The notes under the pieces are model-generated. The model was given only the letters and a program-made list of their open reading frames with translations, was not told the DNA's origin and ran no database searches. This document shows positions 20,669-31,108 of a DNA stretch of 64,000 bases, one piece after another. Source of the DNA: Alphaproteobacteria bacterium (GTDB taxonomy: Bacteria; Pseudomonadota; Alphaproteobacteria; UBA7985; JAUIBT01). Position 1 is the first letter of the stretch. The number at the start of each line of letters is the position of its first letter. A program made the translations under genes and the position numbers. The stretch spans positions 82,431 to 146,430 of the forward strand of contig JAUIDR010000001.1 of assembly GCA_030428565.1 (NCBI GenBank), in the 5' to 3' direction.

Positions 20669-20716
20669 TCCCCTGCGGCCCGCCGCGCCGCGCAGTGGCA
20701 AAATCGAAGATCGACA

Positions 20717-22168
20717 ATGACAAACAATCTCTTGGTCATCATGTCTGATGAACATCAGGCCCGCGCACTCGGCTGCGCTGGGCATGATTTCGTCCAGACC
20801 CCCAATCTTGACGCTCTAGCCGCCGACGGCACCCGATTTGCGCGCGCTTATACCCCCTCGCCCATCTGTGTTCCGGCGCGCGCTAGCTTTGCCTCCGGCC
20901 TTTATCCGCATCAAAATCGTCTCTGGGATAATGCGATGCCTTATACGGGTATGCAGCCCGGATGGGGTCACGCTTTGCAGGCTAAGTCGGTACCGGTGGA
21001 ATCCATCGGTAAGCTGCACTACCGCGCCAAAGAAGACCCCGTCGGTTTTGATGCAGAGCACCTGCCGATGATGGTTGTCGGCGGTGTCGGCATGGTTTGG
21101 GCTTCGATCCGAAAAGAGGACGAACGGGTCACGCGCGACAAACGCATGCTGGGCGATTACATCGGCCCCGGCACTTCGGCTTACACGCAATATGATGCCT
21201 CTGTCGTTGCGCGAACCCTGCAATGGCTTCAGGAGCGCGCGGCACAGCCATCCGACCAACCCTGGTGTCTGTACGTCGGCTTGGTCGCGCCTCACTTCCC
21301 TTTAGTCGTGCCGCAAGAATACTATGACCTCTACCCGCTTGACAGCCTGCCAGAGGTAAAGCTGCACCCGTCAAGCGGCTACCAGCGTCACCCCTGGGTC
21401 GAAAAACAGAACGCCTTTATGAACAGCGAGGCGCGCTTTCACGATCCCGAAGAGCGTCTACGGGCCATGGCCAGCTACTACGGGCTCTGCACCTGGCTGG
21501 ATCACAACGTCGGGCAGATTCTAAACGCCCTCGATGCGAGCCCCTTCGCTGAGACCACCAATATCGTTTATACCAGCGACCACGGCGACAACCTTGGCGC
21601 GCGCGGCCTTTGGGGCAAATCCAATATGTATGAGGAGAGCGTCGCGGTGCCCATGATCGCGCGCGGACCGGGGTTTGCGCCAGGAAAGGTCTGCCATACG
21701 CCGGTCAGCTTGCTGGATCTGTCCACGACGATTGCCGAGCATTTTGAAGCCAAGCTGGCCGATGATCGTCCCGGCGAGAGCCTTTATGAGCTAGCCCAGG
21801 CCCCCGACGACCAAGAGCGTGCAGTCTTCAGCGAATACCACGCTGCCGGAGCGGTCTCTGGCGCCTTCATGCTCCGCAAGGGCCGTTGGAAACTGATCTA
21901 CTATGTCGGCTTTGAGCCCGAGCTCTTCGACTTAGAGAACGACCCTGAAGAACTGGAAGACCTTGTTCGCCTTGATGGGGCCGGCCAAGATGCGCACAGA
22001 AAGATCTTGGCCAAGATGATCGCCGAACTTCGCACAATCTGCGATCCAGAAGCCACCGACGCGCAAGCGCACGCCGACCAAGCGGCGCTGATAGAAAGCT
22101 TCGGCGGGCGCGACGCCGCCCTCAAGCTGGGTGCTTCTGGCGCGACCCCACCCCCCAGCCTTGGCTAG
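20717..22168 (+). CDS. Arylsulfatase-family sulfatase (choline-sulfatase-like architecture)
   Basis: N-terminus MTNNLLVIMSDEHQ...CVPARASFASG (C-x-P-x-R), SDHGDNLGARGLW, and a C-terminal W-K-x-I-Y...LFDLENDPEEL motif resembling BetC-type choline sulfatases. Confidence 0.75.
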   Translation: MTNNLLVIMSDEHQARALGCAGHDFVQTPNLDALAADGTRFARAYTPSPICVPARASFASGLYPHQNRLWDNAMPYTGMQPGWGHALQAKSVPVESIGKLHYRAKEDPVGFDAEHLPMMVVGGVGMVWASIRKEDERVTRDKRMLGDYIGPGTSAYTQYDASVVARTLQWLQERAAQPSDQPWCLYVGLVAPHFPLVVPQEYYDLYPLDSLPEVKLHPSSGYQRHPWVEKQNAFMNSEARFHDPEERLRAMASYYGLCTWLDHNVGQILNALDASPFAETTNIVYTSDHGDNLGARGLWGKSNMYEESVAVPMIARGPGFAPGKVCHTPVSLLDLSTTIAEHFEAKLADDRPGESLYELAQAPDDQERAVFSEYHAAGAVSGAFMLRKGRWKLIYYVGFEPELFDLENDPEELEDLVRLDGAGQDAHRKILAKMIAELRTICDPEATDAQAHADQAALIESFGGRDAALKLGASGATPPPSLG

Positions 22169-22237
22169 AGCGTGCGGCCTTGGCACAGAGCCAGCCTCGC
22201 GCTCTAACGTCTTAATTTTTGAGCGAAAACTCCAGCT

Positions 22238-25200
22238 TTAGGCCGCCAAAGCCTCCAATCGTTCCTTGACCTTGTCATAGGCACGTTGCTTAACGGGGCC
22301 AAAACCTTTGATCTCTAGGATAAGGCCAAAGCCCACCAGCAGGTCCGATAATTGCTGTTGGTCTTCGCAGGCCGCCGCGCGCGCGATCAGGGCCTCGGTG
22401 AGCTGGATTAAACGGCGCTCAATTTGGCGCTCAACGCTTCGGCCAAATGGATCGAATGCGGTGCCGCGCAGTCCTTTACCCCGCTTGAGCAGGGCCAACA
22501 AGGGTAAGATCCAGGGGCCAAATTGCTGCTTGCGCGGTTCGCCGGTCTGCGGGTCGATTGACGATATCAGCGGCGGCGCCAGGTTCACGCTGATCTTGGC
22601 ACCTTGCTTGAATTGGTCCTCGATTTCCGCCTTGGTATCCGGATGGCTCAAGAGGCGGGCCACTTCATATTCGTCCTTATAGGCCATGACTTTGTACAAC
22701 GCGCGCGCCGCCTGCATGACCTGGCCCTCGCTCAGCGCCGGATTGGCTTGCAGGCCGTCAATTTGGCGCATGAAGCGCTGCGCGTAAGCCGCGGACTGGT
22801 AGGCCGTCAACTCCTGGCTAAAGTGCTGCTTGAGCGCGTCCAAGCTCAGTTCTTCGGGGCGATGGGCTTCTTCATGCAAGCCCGCGGCCTCCAGCGCTTT
22901 GTCGCGATCGGCATAGAGCCAACGCCCCCAACGGAAGGCCGCGACGTTCATCGCAACCGAGACGCCGTTAAGCTCAAGGGCTCGTTCGATGGCCGCCGCG
23001 CTCATCGTTAAGCGTCCAGCTTGGTAGGCCATACCCACCACCATGAAATTGACCCCCATGCCGTCAGCCAACAGCGCATGCGCCAGCGCGACGACATCTT
23101 CGCAACGGATGTTTTGCTTGGGTACAATTCGGCTCAGGCGATCCAGCAATGCTTGGGTCTGCGGGCGCGCATTGGGATTGACCGCGAAGGCTGCCAGCGG
23201 CTCGACGTGCGCGTTGGCCATGACCTGTGCATCGGTTCTAAGCGCGGTCAAGCTGGCGTCACTGACACCGGTTACCAGGTCGCAAGCGATTAGCGTATCC
23301 GCGCTTCCGTCGGGCAAACGCGCAGGGCGATTTTCGAGCGTCTGGCCTGAGAGTTGGATTTGACTGGCCACCGCGCCGTTCTTTTGCGCCAACCCGGCTT
23401 GATCCAGGGTCAAAGCGTTTTGCCCCTGCAGCCGCGCGGCCATGGTCAACACCGCCCCGACGGTGACAACCCCGGTTCCGCCCACGCCGGTGACAAGCAG
23501 GCGCGCCTTGATGGGCAGCTCGGGCTCGTCTAACAGCTTCATATCGGGCGGGGCAATCAGATTGCTACGCGAGCCCAACAAGGGCTCCTTGTCATGCTCA
23601 ATGGTCAAAAAACTGGGACAAAACCCTTTTAGGCAAGAAAAGTCTTTGTTGCAGGCGGTTTGATCAATCTCTCGTTTGGTGCCAAAGATGCTGTCTTTGG
23701 GCTTGATTGCAACGCAATTCGATTTAAGCCCGCAATCGCCACAACCCTCGCAGACGCGGCTCGCAATCATGACTCGCTTGTGGGGATTGGGAAATTTGCC
23801 CCGCTTGCGACGACGGCGTTTTTCCGCAGCGCAAGTCTGGACATAGATGATAGCCGTTGTGCCCTCGACTTCGCGCAGTTCGCGCTGCACCTCGTCCAGG
23901 TCTTTGCGTTCGTACAGCGGCACTTCGCTTGGAAGGCGCCCCGCAATCCCGTCGATTTCGGCGGGATCAGCGACCACCACCACTTTGGCCGCCCCCTCGG
24001 CTAAGATTTGTGCCGCCATGGACCAAGGCTTGGAGTGGCTCTCCAAGGGCTGGCCGCCGGTCATGGCCACCGCATCGTTGTAGAGGATTTTAAAGGTGAT
24101 ATTGACGCCCGCCATAATGCAGGCGCGAATAGCCAGGAAACCCGAGTGCTGATAGGTGCCATCGCCCATGTTTTGAAACATGTGCTTTTTGTCCGAAAAT
24201 GGCGCACGCCCAAGCCAGGAGCCGCCTTCGCCCCCCATTTGCGCGCACCATTGGTGCGTCTCAGGGCTGACAATGGCCGAAATTGTATGACAACCGATGC
24301 CGGAAATTGCCGTCGAACCATCCGGTAGCTTGGTTGAAGTATTGTGCGGGCAGCCCGAGCAATACCAAGGCACGCGCTGAGCTGGCTGGCTTTCGTTGAG
24401 CGCCAGCACCGGGTGCGCGTGCACCGCAGCAGCGGTCTTTCCTGCAGGGGCCATATTCAGAGCCTCAAGGCGATCCAACAAGGCATCAACGATCAAGTGC
24501 GGGCTCAATTCGCCGAACGAGGGTAAAATGCGCCGCCCTTGGGGATTGAATTTGCCGACCAAACGCGGCCGCTCATCCTCGGCCAGATCGAACAAGACCC
24601 GCGCTGTTTGGGTTTCGACAAATTCCTTCTTGTCTTCAAGAATCAGCAATTCTTCATAGCCGCGCGCAAAGGCTGCCAGACCGCTGGGTTCAAGCGGCCA
24701 GGTCATATTGACCTTGAAGATACCAATACCCGCGTCCTGGTCCAGCGCCAGCTCTTCCAACGCTTCCATCAAATCGGGATAGGCGCGCCCCACCACGACG
24801 ATGCCCAGACGCTTGGTCTTGGGGGTCCAGGTGGGACGGTTGAGGCGATTGGCTTTGGCGTAGGCCAGCACCGCAGGCAAACGCTCTTCGTTGAGGCAGC
24901 GCTCAACCTCCAAGAAGGGCTGAAAGCCTGGCTTGGCGTGCAGGCCATTTTTGCTGGCAGCTGGCTCTAGCGGTGCGAATTCGGGGCGCAAATGATCCAG
25001 GTCCAGCGTTCCAGCGCTATCGGCCACATCCGCGACCAGCTTGATGGCCGCCGGCACCCCCGCATAGCGTGACAGCGCGATTGCGTGCAGCCCCAAAGGC
25101 ACAAGCTCATGGATCGAGGCGGGAAATAAGACCGGCACCATGGCCGCCATCAGCGTTTGATCGGATTGATGCGCCAAGGTCGAAGATTTTCCGCTGGCAT

Positions 25201-25657
25201 CATCGCCTGCAATCATCACGATCCCGCCGTAGGGCGAGGTGCCCTGGTGGCTGACGTGGCGAATGGCATCGACAGAACGATCAACGCCCGGCCCCTTGCC
25301 GTACCACATACCAACGACACCATCTAAGCCGCTATCATCTTGCAGCGGCACCAGTTGCGTGCCGCCCATCGCGGTCATAGCCAGGTCTTCGTTGAGGCCC
25401 TCTTGAAAAATTATACCCGCATCTTCAACAGCTTGGGCCACGTGCCAGAAGGCCTGGTCAAGCCCGCCCACCGGCGAACCACGGTAGCCCGAGACCAAGG
25501 CCCGCGTCTGCAAGCCTTGCTCACGATCCAGCGCCATTTGCTCCATCATGAGGCGTACCAGCGCCTGCATGCCGTTCATCACAGCGCTACCGCGCTTGAG
25601 CTGGTATTTGTCGTCAAGCGATAGTTCGGTATCAAGCGGGCCTTCGTACGGAGCCAT
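22238..25657 (-). CDS. Indolepyruvate:ferredoxin oxidoreductase family protein (fused alpha/beta, about 1139 aa)
   Basis: TPP-binding and 4Fe-4S cysteine clusters (CEGCGDCGLKSNC, CNKDFSC). Size and N-terminus match fused IorA/IorB proteins common in alphaproteobacteria. Confidence 0.8.
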   Translation of the reverse strand: MAPYEGPLDTELSLDDKYQLKRGSAVMNGMQALVRLMMEQMALDREQGLQTRALVSGYRGSPVGGLDQAFWHVAQAVEDAGIIFQEGLNEDLAMTAMGGTQLVPLQDDSGLDGVVGMWYGKGPGVDRSVDAIRHVSHQGTSPYGGIVMIAGDDASGKSSTLAHQSDQTLMAAMVPVLFPASIHELVPLGLHAIALSRYAGVPAAIKLVADVADSAGTLDLDHLRPEFAPLEPAASKNGLHAKPGFQPFLEVERCLNEERLPAVLAYAKANRLNRPTWTPKTKRLGIVVVGRAYPDLMEALEELALDQDAGIGIFKVNMTWPLEPSGLAAFARGYEELLILEDKKEFVETQTARVLFDLAEDERPRLVGKFNPQGRRILPSFGELSPHLIVDALLDRLEALNMAPAGKTAAAVHAHPVLALNESQPAQRVPWYCSGCPHNTSTKLPDGSTAISGIGCHTISAIVSPETHQWCAQMGGEGGSWLGRAPFSDKKHMFQNMGDGTYQHSGFLAIRACIMAGVNITFKILYNDAVAMTGGQPLESHSKPWSMAAQILAEGAAKVVVVADPAEIDGIAGRLPSEVPLYERKDLDEVQRELREVEGTTAIIYVQTCAAEKRRRRKRGKFPNPHKRVMIASRVCEGCGDCGLKSNCVAIKPKDSIFGTKREIDQTACNKDFSCLKGFCPSFLTIEHDKEPLLGSRSNLIAPPDMKLLDEPELPIKARLLVTGVGGTGVVTVGAVLTMAARLQGQNALTLDQAGLAQKNGAVASQIQLSGQTLENRPARLPDGSADTLIACDLVTGVSDASLTALRTDAQVMANAHVEPLAAFAVNPNARPQTQALLDRLSRIVPKQNIRCEDVVALAHALLADGMGVNFMVVGMAYQAGRLTMSAAAIERALELNGVSVAMNVAAFRWGRWLYADRDKALEAAGLHEEAHRPEELSLDALKQHFSQELTAYQSAAYAQRFMRQIDGLQANPALSEGQVMQAARALYKVMAYKDEYEVARLLSHPDTKAEIEDQFKQGAKISVNLAPPLISSIDPQTGEPRKQQFGPWILPLLALLKRGKGLRGTAFDPFGRSVERQIERRLIQLTEALIARAAACEDQQQLSDLLVGFGLILEIKGFGPVKQRAYDKVKERLEALAA

Positions 25658-26065
25658 GGCGCCTCTCCCTTAAACTTGTGATTTCTTGTTTCTATAAAGG
25701 TAAAGCCACGCTCCAGCTGCGACAAGTCAGCAGCTCAGGCTCGTGAACGGCCTTGGATGGCAACGCACCTGCTCTAAGGACTTCAACCTTCACGCAAGTA
25801 ACGAAATAGGCCGCAAGATTAGGGGGCTAGCCTTTCCAGCTTGCTTTAACAAAATTACTCAATTGAGCAATTTTGTTACTTTCATTGAGGGCTGACCGAC
25901 GCTGAAAATCACCGTGCCCCCGCTAACCTTACAGCAAAAAAAGAATTGTTTCTTTTGCTTGCAGCGCCTCGACAACTCAAAAAGGTCAGCATTGCAGCCC
26001 TAAATTAGTCTAGGTCAATGTGGAAACGACTCTGATTCTCGCATCAGCACGCGGCAATGATCGCT

Positions 26066-26767
26066 CTAGACCATCGTGAGGTCAAAGCGCGCCAAGCCAT
26101 CAATCCAGCCGGTAAGGCGATCACCAGGTGCCACAGCACCGACCGCGGCGGGTGTTCCGGTAAAGATCAAGTCGCCCGGCTGCAGGCAGTAGTAGGTCGA
26201 GAGATCAGCGATTATTTCAGCGGGCCGCCAGACTTGCTCCGACAAATCGGCTTTCTGTGCCAGACGTCCGTTTTGCTCCAAACCAATCTCCCCCTGGTTA
26301 GGATCAAAGCCAGCGCTTGCCGGCTGCAGGACGCTCACGAGGCCCGAGCTTTCCACGTTCTTTGCCGTGTCCCACGGTCGGCCTTTTTCTTTTGCATTGG
26401 CCTGCAAATCGCGACGGGTCATATCCAAACCCACCGCGTAAGCGTAGACGTGATCTAGAGCCTCGGCTTCTGCAATATCGCGGCCTCCGCGCCCCACCGC
26501 CATCACCAATTCCACCTCGTAGTGGTAATTGTCAGTGCGCGCAGCTATCGGCTGCTCACCGGCAGCCAGAGCAATGTGGTGCGCGGATTTCATGAAATAA
26601 AACGGCGCTGAACGGTCTACTTCGTTGCCCATTTCCTTGGCGTGGGCCTCGTAGTTACGGCCAACACAAAACGCACGATGCACCGGAAACCGCGCCTCTT
26701 GACCCGCGATTGGCAGGCTGGCCGGCGCCAGGGGTTGAAAGACAAATTCTGTGCTGGACGCATTCAT
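26066..26767 (-). CDS. Fumarylacetoacetate hydrolase (FAH) family protein
   Basis: FAH-fold motifs (FCVGRNYEAHAKEMG, ELVMAVGRGG, GTPAAVGAVAPGD). Start at MNASS. Confidence 0.7.
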   Translation of the reverse strand: MNASSTEFVFQPLAPASLPIAGQEARFPVHRAFCVGRNYEAHAKEMGNEVDRSAPFYFMKSAHHIALAAGEQPIAARTDNYHYEVELVMAVGRGGRDIAEAEALDHVYAYAVGLDMTRRDLQANAKEKGRPWDTAKNVESSGLVSVLQPASAGFDPNQGEIGLEQNGRLAQKADLSEQVWRPAEIIADLSTYYCLQPGDLIFTGTPAAVGAVAPGDRLTGWIDGLARFDLTMV

Positions 26768-26925
26768 TCGAAACTCCCTCCAAAGCAAAGGTATTGGGCT
26801 GCAAGTGGTCCAACTTGCATCGCGCCATAGACTTGCTCATAGCACCTTAGCCGCCAGCGCCCTACCCTGCTATCCGGCAAATCCACCAAGCGGAACCGCT
26901 ACAACCTGTCCCAAATGGATAGACA

Positions 26926-26958
26926 CAAAAAAAAGCGGCTCCCGAATTGAGAGCCGCT
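26926..26958 (-). terminator. Rho-independent terminator downstream of rpsD
   Basis: 8-bp stem AGCGGCTC/GAGCCGCT with an 8-nt loop, followed on the minus strand by a T-run (A-run 26926-26934 on the + strand). Confidence 0.55.
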
Positions 26959-26983
26959 CTTGTCTGCATTCGAGCCGTCACTA

Positions 26984-27601
26984 TTAACGGCTGTAGAATT
27001 CGATCACCAGGTTGGGTTCCATTTGAACCGGGTAAGGCACGTCTTCCAACTTGGGTCCACGAACGAAGGTCGCCTTCAGCTTCTTGGGGTCCAATTCGAT
27101 GTAGTCCGGAACGTCACGCTCGGGCGAGACCAGCGCTTCCAGCACCATGCCCATTTCGCGGCTGCGCTGGCGCACTTCGATCACGTCGCCATCTTTGACC
27201 ATGTATGAAGGAATGTTCACACGGCGGCCGTTGACCAACACGTGGCCGTGGCTGACGAACTGGCGCGCTGCGAAGACAGTGGGGACCAGCTTAGAACGGT
27301 AGACCACCGCGTCCAGGCGGCGCTCTAGAATTTCAATCAGGTTCTGCGAGGTATCGCCTTTGCGACGAACGGCTTCTTTGAAGTAACGCAGGAACTGCTT
27401 TTCGGTGATGTTGCCGTAGTAGCCCTTAAGCTTCTGCTTGGCCATCAGCTGAATGCCGAAATCGGTCGGCTTCTTGCGGCGGTTCTGGCCGTGCTGACCA
27501 GGGCCGTAGCTGCGGCGGTTGAAGGGGGACTTGGGGCGGCCCCAAAGGTTTACGCCCAAACGGCGGTCGATTTTGTACTTCGACGCAATACGCTTTGACA
27601 T
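26984..27601 (-). CDS. rpsD: 30S ribosomal protein S4
   Basis: [39 protein letters not shown]... is a classic S4 N-terminus. Start at internal Met 44 of the listed ORF. Confidence 0.9.
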   Translation of the reverse strand: MSKRIASKYKIDRRLGVNLWGRPKSPFNRRSYGPGQHGQNRRKKPTDFGIQLMAKQKLKGYYGNITEKQFLRYFKEAVRRKGDTSQNLIEILERRLDAVVYRSKLVPTVFAARQFVSHGHVLVNGRRVNIPSYMVKDGDVIEVRQRSREMGMVLEALVSPERDVPDYIELDPKKLKATFVRGPKLEDVPYPVQMEPNLVIEFYSR

Positions 27602-27774
27602 CGTGTTCTCTCGATTTAGCTGTTGTTGTCCCGGCTGGACATCTGCGCAGTGGCACGCCACGGCAGAGCCAAGGCGCAAAAGCGCCTTACGACCGGAAAT
27701 GGAGCGCTTGTTTAACCAAGCTTGCAGCACTTGTAAAGGCCTTTGCCGCCCGCGCCTGGCCTTTGGTGGCCGCG

Positions 27775-28512
27775 CTAACGTTCTTGCAGCGCTCGAAAAA
27801 TGCCGTGCAGCATGCCGACTTCACCCTTTGTCAACTGGGCTTTACCAAACAGGGCATAAAGGTTGGCTTCAACCGTTGGTCGCTTTTCTTCAACGCCAAA
27901 GAAACCCCGCTGTTCTAGCGCCTCAATCAGTCGTGCCATGAGGTTATCCACCGCGGCGCGTTCGGCCAGCGTCGGTTGCGCCGCACGCGTTTCAACCGCC
28001 CCCGCTGCTTGAAACCATTCATAGGCAATCAGCAACACGGCTTGGGCTAGATTAAGCGAACTAAAATCGGGGTTCAGTGGCACCGAGATCAAGCCATTGG
28101 CGACCGCCAAATCCTCATTGCTGAGGCCGGACGCTTCTGGCCCGAACAGCACCGCTGTGCGTTGCGAGCTACGGGCTGCAGCCTCGCGAGGCAGGCGCGC
28201 TGGGCTTAATACCGGAAGGCTCAAGCCGCGTTCGCGCGCCGTTGTCGCCGCGACCAACCCACAATCAGCGACCGCCTCGGCCACGCTGTCAAAGACCCGC
28301 GCCTTTTCAAGTATCCAGTCAGCGCCCGAAGCTGGCGCTAGCGCGTCTGCATTGGGCCAACCGTCGCGCGGCGCTACAAGGCGCAGATCGTCCAGCGCGA
28401 AATTGCCCATGGCCCGTGCACAAAATCCGATGTTTTGAGCCAATTGCGGGCGCACCAAGACAACCGCCAGCGAACCGGCAGCCGAGGCCGTCACGTCTTT
28501 GCGATCAGACAA
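27775..28512 (-). CDS. trmJ: SpoU/TrmH-family tRNA 2'-O-methyltransferase (TrmJ-like)
   Basis: [25 protein letters not shown]...[14 protein letters not shown]...[11 protein letters not shown] parallels E. coli TrmJ motifs. Confidence 0.6.
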   Translation of the reverse strand: MSDRKDVTASAAGSLAVVLVRPQLAQNIGFCARAMGNFALDDLRLVAPRDGWPNADALAPASGADWILEKARVFDSVAEAVADCGLVAATTARERGLSLPVLSPARLPREAAARSSQRTAVLFGPEASGLSNEDLAVANGLISVPLNPDFSSLNLAQAVLLIAYEWFQAAGAVETRAAQPTLAERAAVDNLMARLIEALEQRGFFGVEEKRPTVEANLYALFGKAQLTKGEVGMLHGIFRALQER

Positions 28513-30103
28513 TGGCCCGCGCGCCTTCCTGGATGAGCTTCCAGGTTACGGCGTCGTGCAAGGCCATGTAGGAAGCATCAATGATATTCGAAGAAATGCC
28601 CACAGTGTGCCAACTGCGTCCTTGCTTATCATGGCTCTCGATCATCACCCGGGTCACGGCCTGCGTGCCCGCTTTGGAGTCCAAAATCCGCACCTTGTAG
28701 TCGGACAGGGTCATATCTTCCAAACAAGGGTAGTGATTGAGCAATGCCTTGCGCATGGCGCGATCCAGAGCGTTGACCGGGCCATTGCCAGACGCCGCTT
28801 CCATGTGCGAACGCGCCCCTACCCACAGCGTGACCAATGCGACCGCCTCAACGACAATATCGCCGCGCGCATTGTGGCGGCGCTCGTCGATGACGCGAAA
28901 TCGGTCAAGGTCATAAAAAGGCTTGAACGGCACCGCGACCTCTCGCGCCAGCAGCTCGAACGAGGCTTCCGCGCCGTCGTAGGTCAAGCCCTCGGATTCC
29001 TTGTCCTTGACCCGACGCAGCAACTCGCCCACTTGGTCATCGCTGAAATCCATGCCCAGCTTGGTCTTAGACAGCATCATTTTGATATTGGCACGGCCAG
29101 ACTGGTCCGACACCACCACCTGGCGGTCATTGCCGACCGTTTGCGGGTCAACATGCTCATAGCTAGCCGGATTGCGAGCAATGCCCGAAACGTGCAGCCC
29201 CGCCTTGTGCGCAAAAGCACTAGCCCCGACGTAAGGCGCGTTGGCACGCGGCGCGCGCCCAACGATTTCATCCAAAAGGCGCGAAGTCAGGGTTAGTCCT
29301 TTCAGCGCCTCGTCCGAGACGCCGACTTCATATTCGGTCTTCAGTTTCAAGGTCGGGATCAACGAGACCAAATCGGCGTTGCCGCAACGCTCGCCGATAC
29401 CATTGAGGGTGCCCTGAATTTGGCGCGCGCCCGCTTCGACCGCCGCCAGCGAGTTGGCGACCGCGTTGCCGGTGTCATCGTGGCAGTGGATGCCCAGTTG
29501 ATTGCCGGGAACCAGTTGTTTGACCTCGCGCACGATACGATGGACCTCGTGCGGCAGCGTTCCGCCGTTCGTGTCGCAGAGCACGATCCAGCGCGCACCC
29601 GCCTTGCTCGCCGCTTCCAGGCAAGCCAGCGCATAATCACGATTGTTCTTGTAGCCGTCGAAGAAATGCTCTGCATCGTACAGAACTTCGTCGGCGTGCT
29701 GACCCAGGTGGCGCAAGCTGTCTTCAATCATGGACAGGTTTTCGTCCAACGTGGTGTTGAGGGCTTCGGTGACGTGGAAATCCCAAGCCTTCCCGACCAC
29801 GCAATAAGCATCGCAGCGCGCTTGACGCAGGCCGGATAAGACCGGATCGTTGGCCGCGCTATAACCCGGTCGGCGGGTCATGCCGAAAGCGACAAACTTC
29901 GCGGCCTGCAACTCGGGGGGCTCGTTGAAGAATTCTTCATCGGTGGCATTGGCACCCGGCCAACCGCCTTCAATATAGTCCAGCCCCAGCCCATCCAGCG
30001 CGTCGGCAATGGCGCGCTTATCATTTACGGTGAAATCAATGCCGCGGGTCTGCTGACCGTCGCGAAGTGTGGTGTCGAACAGATGGATATAGCCGGAAGA
30101 CAT
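28505..30103 (-). CDS. cimA: Citramalate synthase / LeuA-family 2-alkylmalate synthase
   Basis: MSSGYIHLFDTTLRDGQQT...HCHDDTGNAVANSLAAVEAGA plus a C-terminal regulatory domain, about 530 aa. CimA cannot be separated from LeuA by eye, but the N-terminus matches alphaproteobacterial CimA. Confidence 0.65.
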   Translation of the reverse strand: MSSGYIHLFDTTLRDGQQTRGIDFTVNDKRAIADALDGLGLDYIEGGWPGANATDEEFFNEPPELQAAKFVAFGMTRRPGYSAANDPVLSGLRQARCDAYCVVGKAWDFHVTEALNTTLDENLSMIEDSLRHLGQHADEVLYDAEHFFDGYKNNRDYALACLEAASKAGARWIVLCDTNGGTLPHEVHRIVREVKQLVPGNQLGIHCHDDTGNAVANSLAAVEAGARQIQGTLNGIGERCGNADLVSLIPTLKLKTEYEVGVSDEALKGLTLTSRLLDEIVGRAPRANAPYVGASAFAHKAGLHVSGIARNPASYEHVDPQTVGNDRQVVVSDQSGRANIKMMLSKTKLGMDFSDDQVGELLRRVKDKESEGLTYDGAEASFELLAREVAVPFKPFYDLDRFRVIDERRHNARGDIVVEAVALVTLWVGARSHMEAASGNGPVNALDRAMRKALLNHYPCLEDMTLSDYKVRILDSKAGTQAVTRVMIESHDKQGRSWHTVGISSNIIDASYMALHDAVTWKLIQEGARAIV

Positions 30104-30172
30104 GGGGCCTTTGCTCTGGGCGTGGGGTTGCATATTGCGCCCGCCGCCAAGGGCAGCCGCGACCAGCCGTTC

Positions 30173-30631
30173 TTATAAAGGAGACAGCTCTTTAATCAAA
30201 TGTTGCAGAGCTGCTCTGGCGGTCTTTAGTCGAAATTGCGCGGCTTTGGTGGCAGATAGGCCGCTCTCGGGCTCTGGCAGCGCCAGTTCGGGCAAATCTG
30301 GGCCGGTCAACGTTTTCTCATCCAAAGCCGAACGCCCCGATGCATCGCTCAAGACTCGCGCTTGCAGGGCCTGCGGACTCGTGACGCCCTCACTGAGCAG
30401 CTTTTGCACACCACGTATCGTATAGCCCTCGACATAGAGCAGATCGCGAATGCCGATCAAAAGCGCCTTGTCTTCGGGACGATAATAGCGCCGACGGCCA
30501 TTGCGTTTGAGCGGTTGGATTTGGGGAAATTTGGACTCCCAAAACCGCAGTACGTGCTGGGGGACGTCCAGTTCTTCAGAAATCTCTGAGATGGTGCGAT
30601 AAGCTTGGGGGTCTTTAGCGCGTCTGGCCAC
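30173..30631 (-). CDS. MerR family transcriptional regulator
   Basis: N-terminal MerR HTH ([25 protein letters not shown]...[33 protein letters not shown]). Conserved neighbour of ihfA in alphaproteobacteria. Confidence 0.65.
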   Translation of the reverse strand: MARRAKDPQAYRTISEISEELDVPQHVLRFWESKFPQIQPLKRNGRRRYYRPEDKALLIGIRDLLYVEGYTIRGVQKLLSEGVTSPQALQARVLSDASGRSALDEKTLTGPDLPELALPEPESGLSATKAAQFRLKTARAALQHLIKELSPL

Positions 30632-30805
30632 TCGGCGCTCCTAGTCTAATCAACTACCGGTTCGCCGGTTGGTTAACCCAAAGCGGCCAGCGCAATGCTG
30701 TTCACGCGGTTCCGAGTTTTTAGCTCGTGTTTTGATGCTGCGTTTGGGCGCATTGTATATGAACACGCTGGCGGACAGCAAAAGCACAGGTAGCAAGGAC
30801 GCTAC

Positions 30806-31108
30806 TTAACCAGCATCGGCACCGTTGATCTTATCCTTGAGCAACTGACTAGCTTTGAAACTCAAGACTTTACGAGGCGATATCGCCGCTTCAACGCCGG
30901 TCTTTGGATTGCGACCGACCCGCTCGGCCTTGGCCCGAACCGTCAGGCTGCCAAACGAAGAGATCTTAACGCTCTCTTCTTCAATCAGCGCTTCGCAAAT
31001 TTCTTCCAATACCTGTTCAATCAAGTCTGCTGACTCTTGCCTCGACAGACCGATCTTATTGCAAACGGCTTCTGCGAGATCAGCGCGCGTCAGCGTCTGT
31101 TCTGTCAT
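30806..31108 (-). CDS. ihfA: Integration host factor subunit alpha
   Basis: LTRADLAEAVCNKIGLSRQESADLIEQVLEEI...GRNPKTGVEAAISPRKVLSFKASQLLKDKI is a clear IHF-alpha. Start at MTEQ. Confidence 0.8.
   Translation of the reverse strand: MTEQTLTRADLAEAVCNKIGLSRQESADLIEQVLEEICEALIEEESVKISSFGSLTVRAKAERVGRNPKTGVEAAISPRKVLSFKASQLLKDKINGADAG

Noticed and set aside
28499-29296. 265-aa + strand ORF
   Set aside because: It is entirely antisense to the citramalate synthase gene and is a high-GC shadow ORF.
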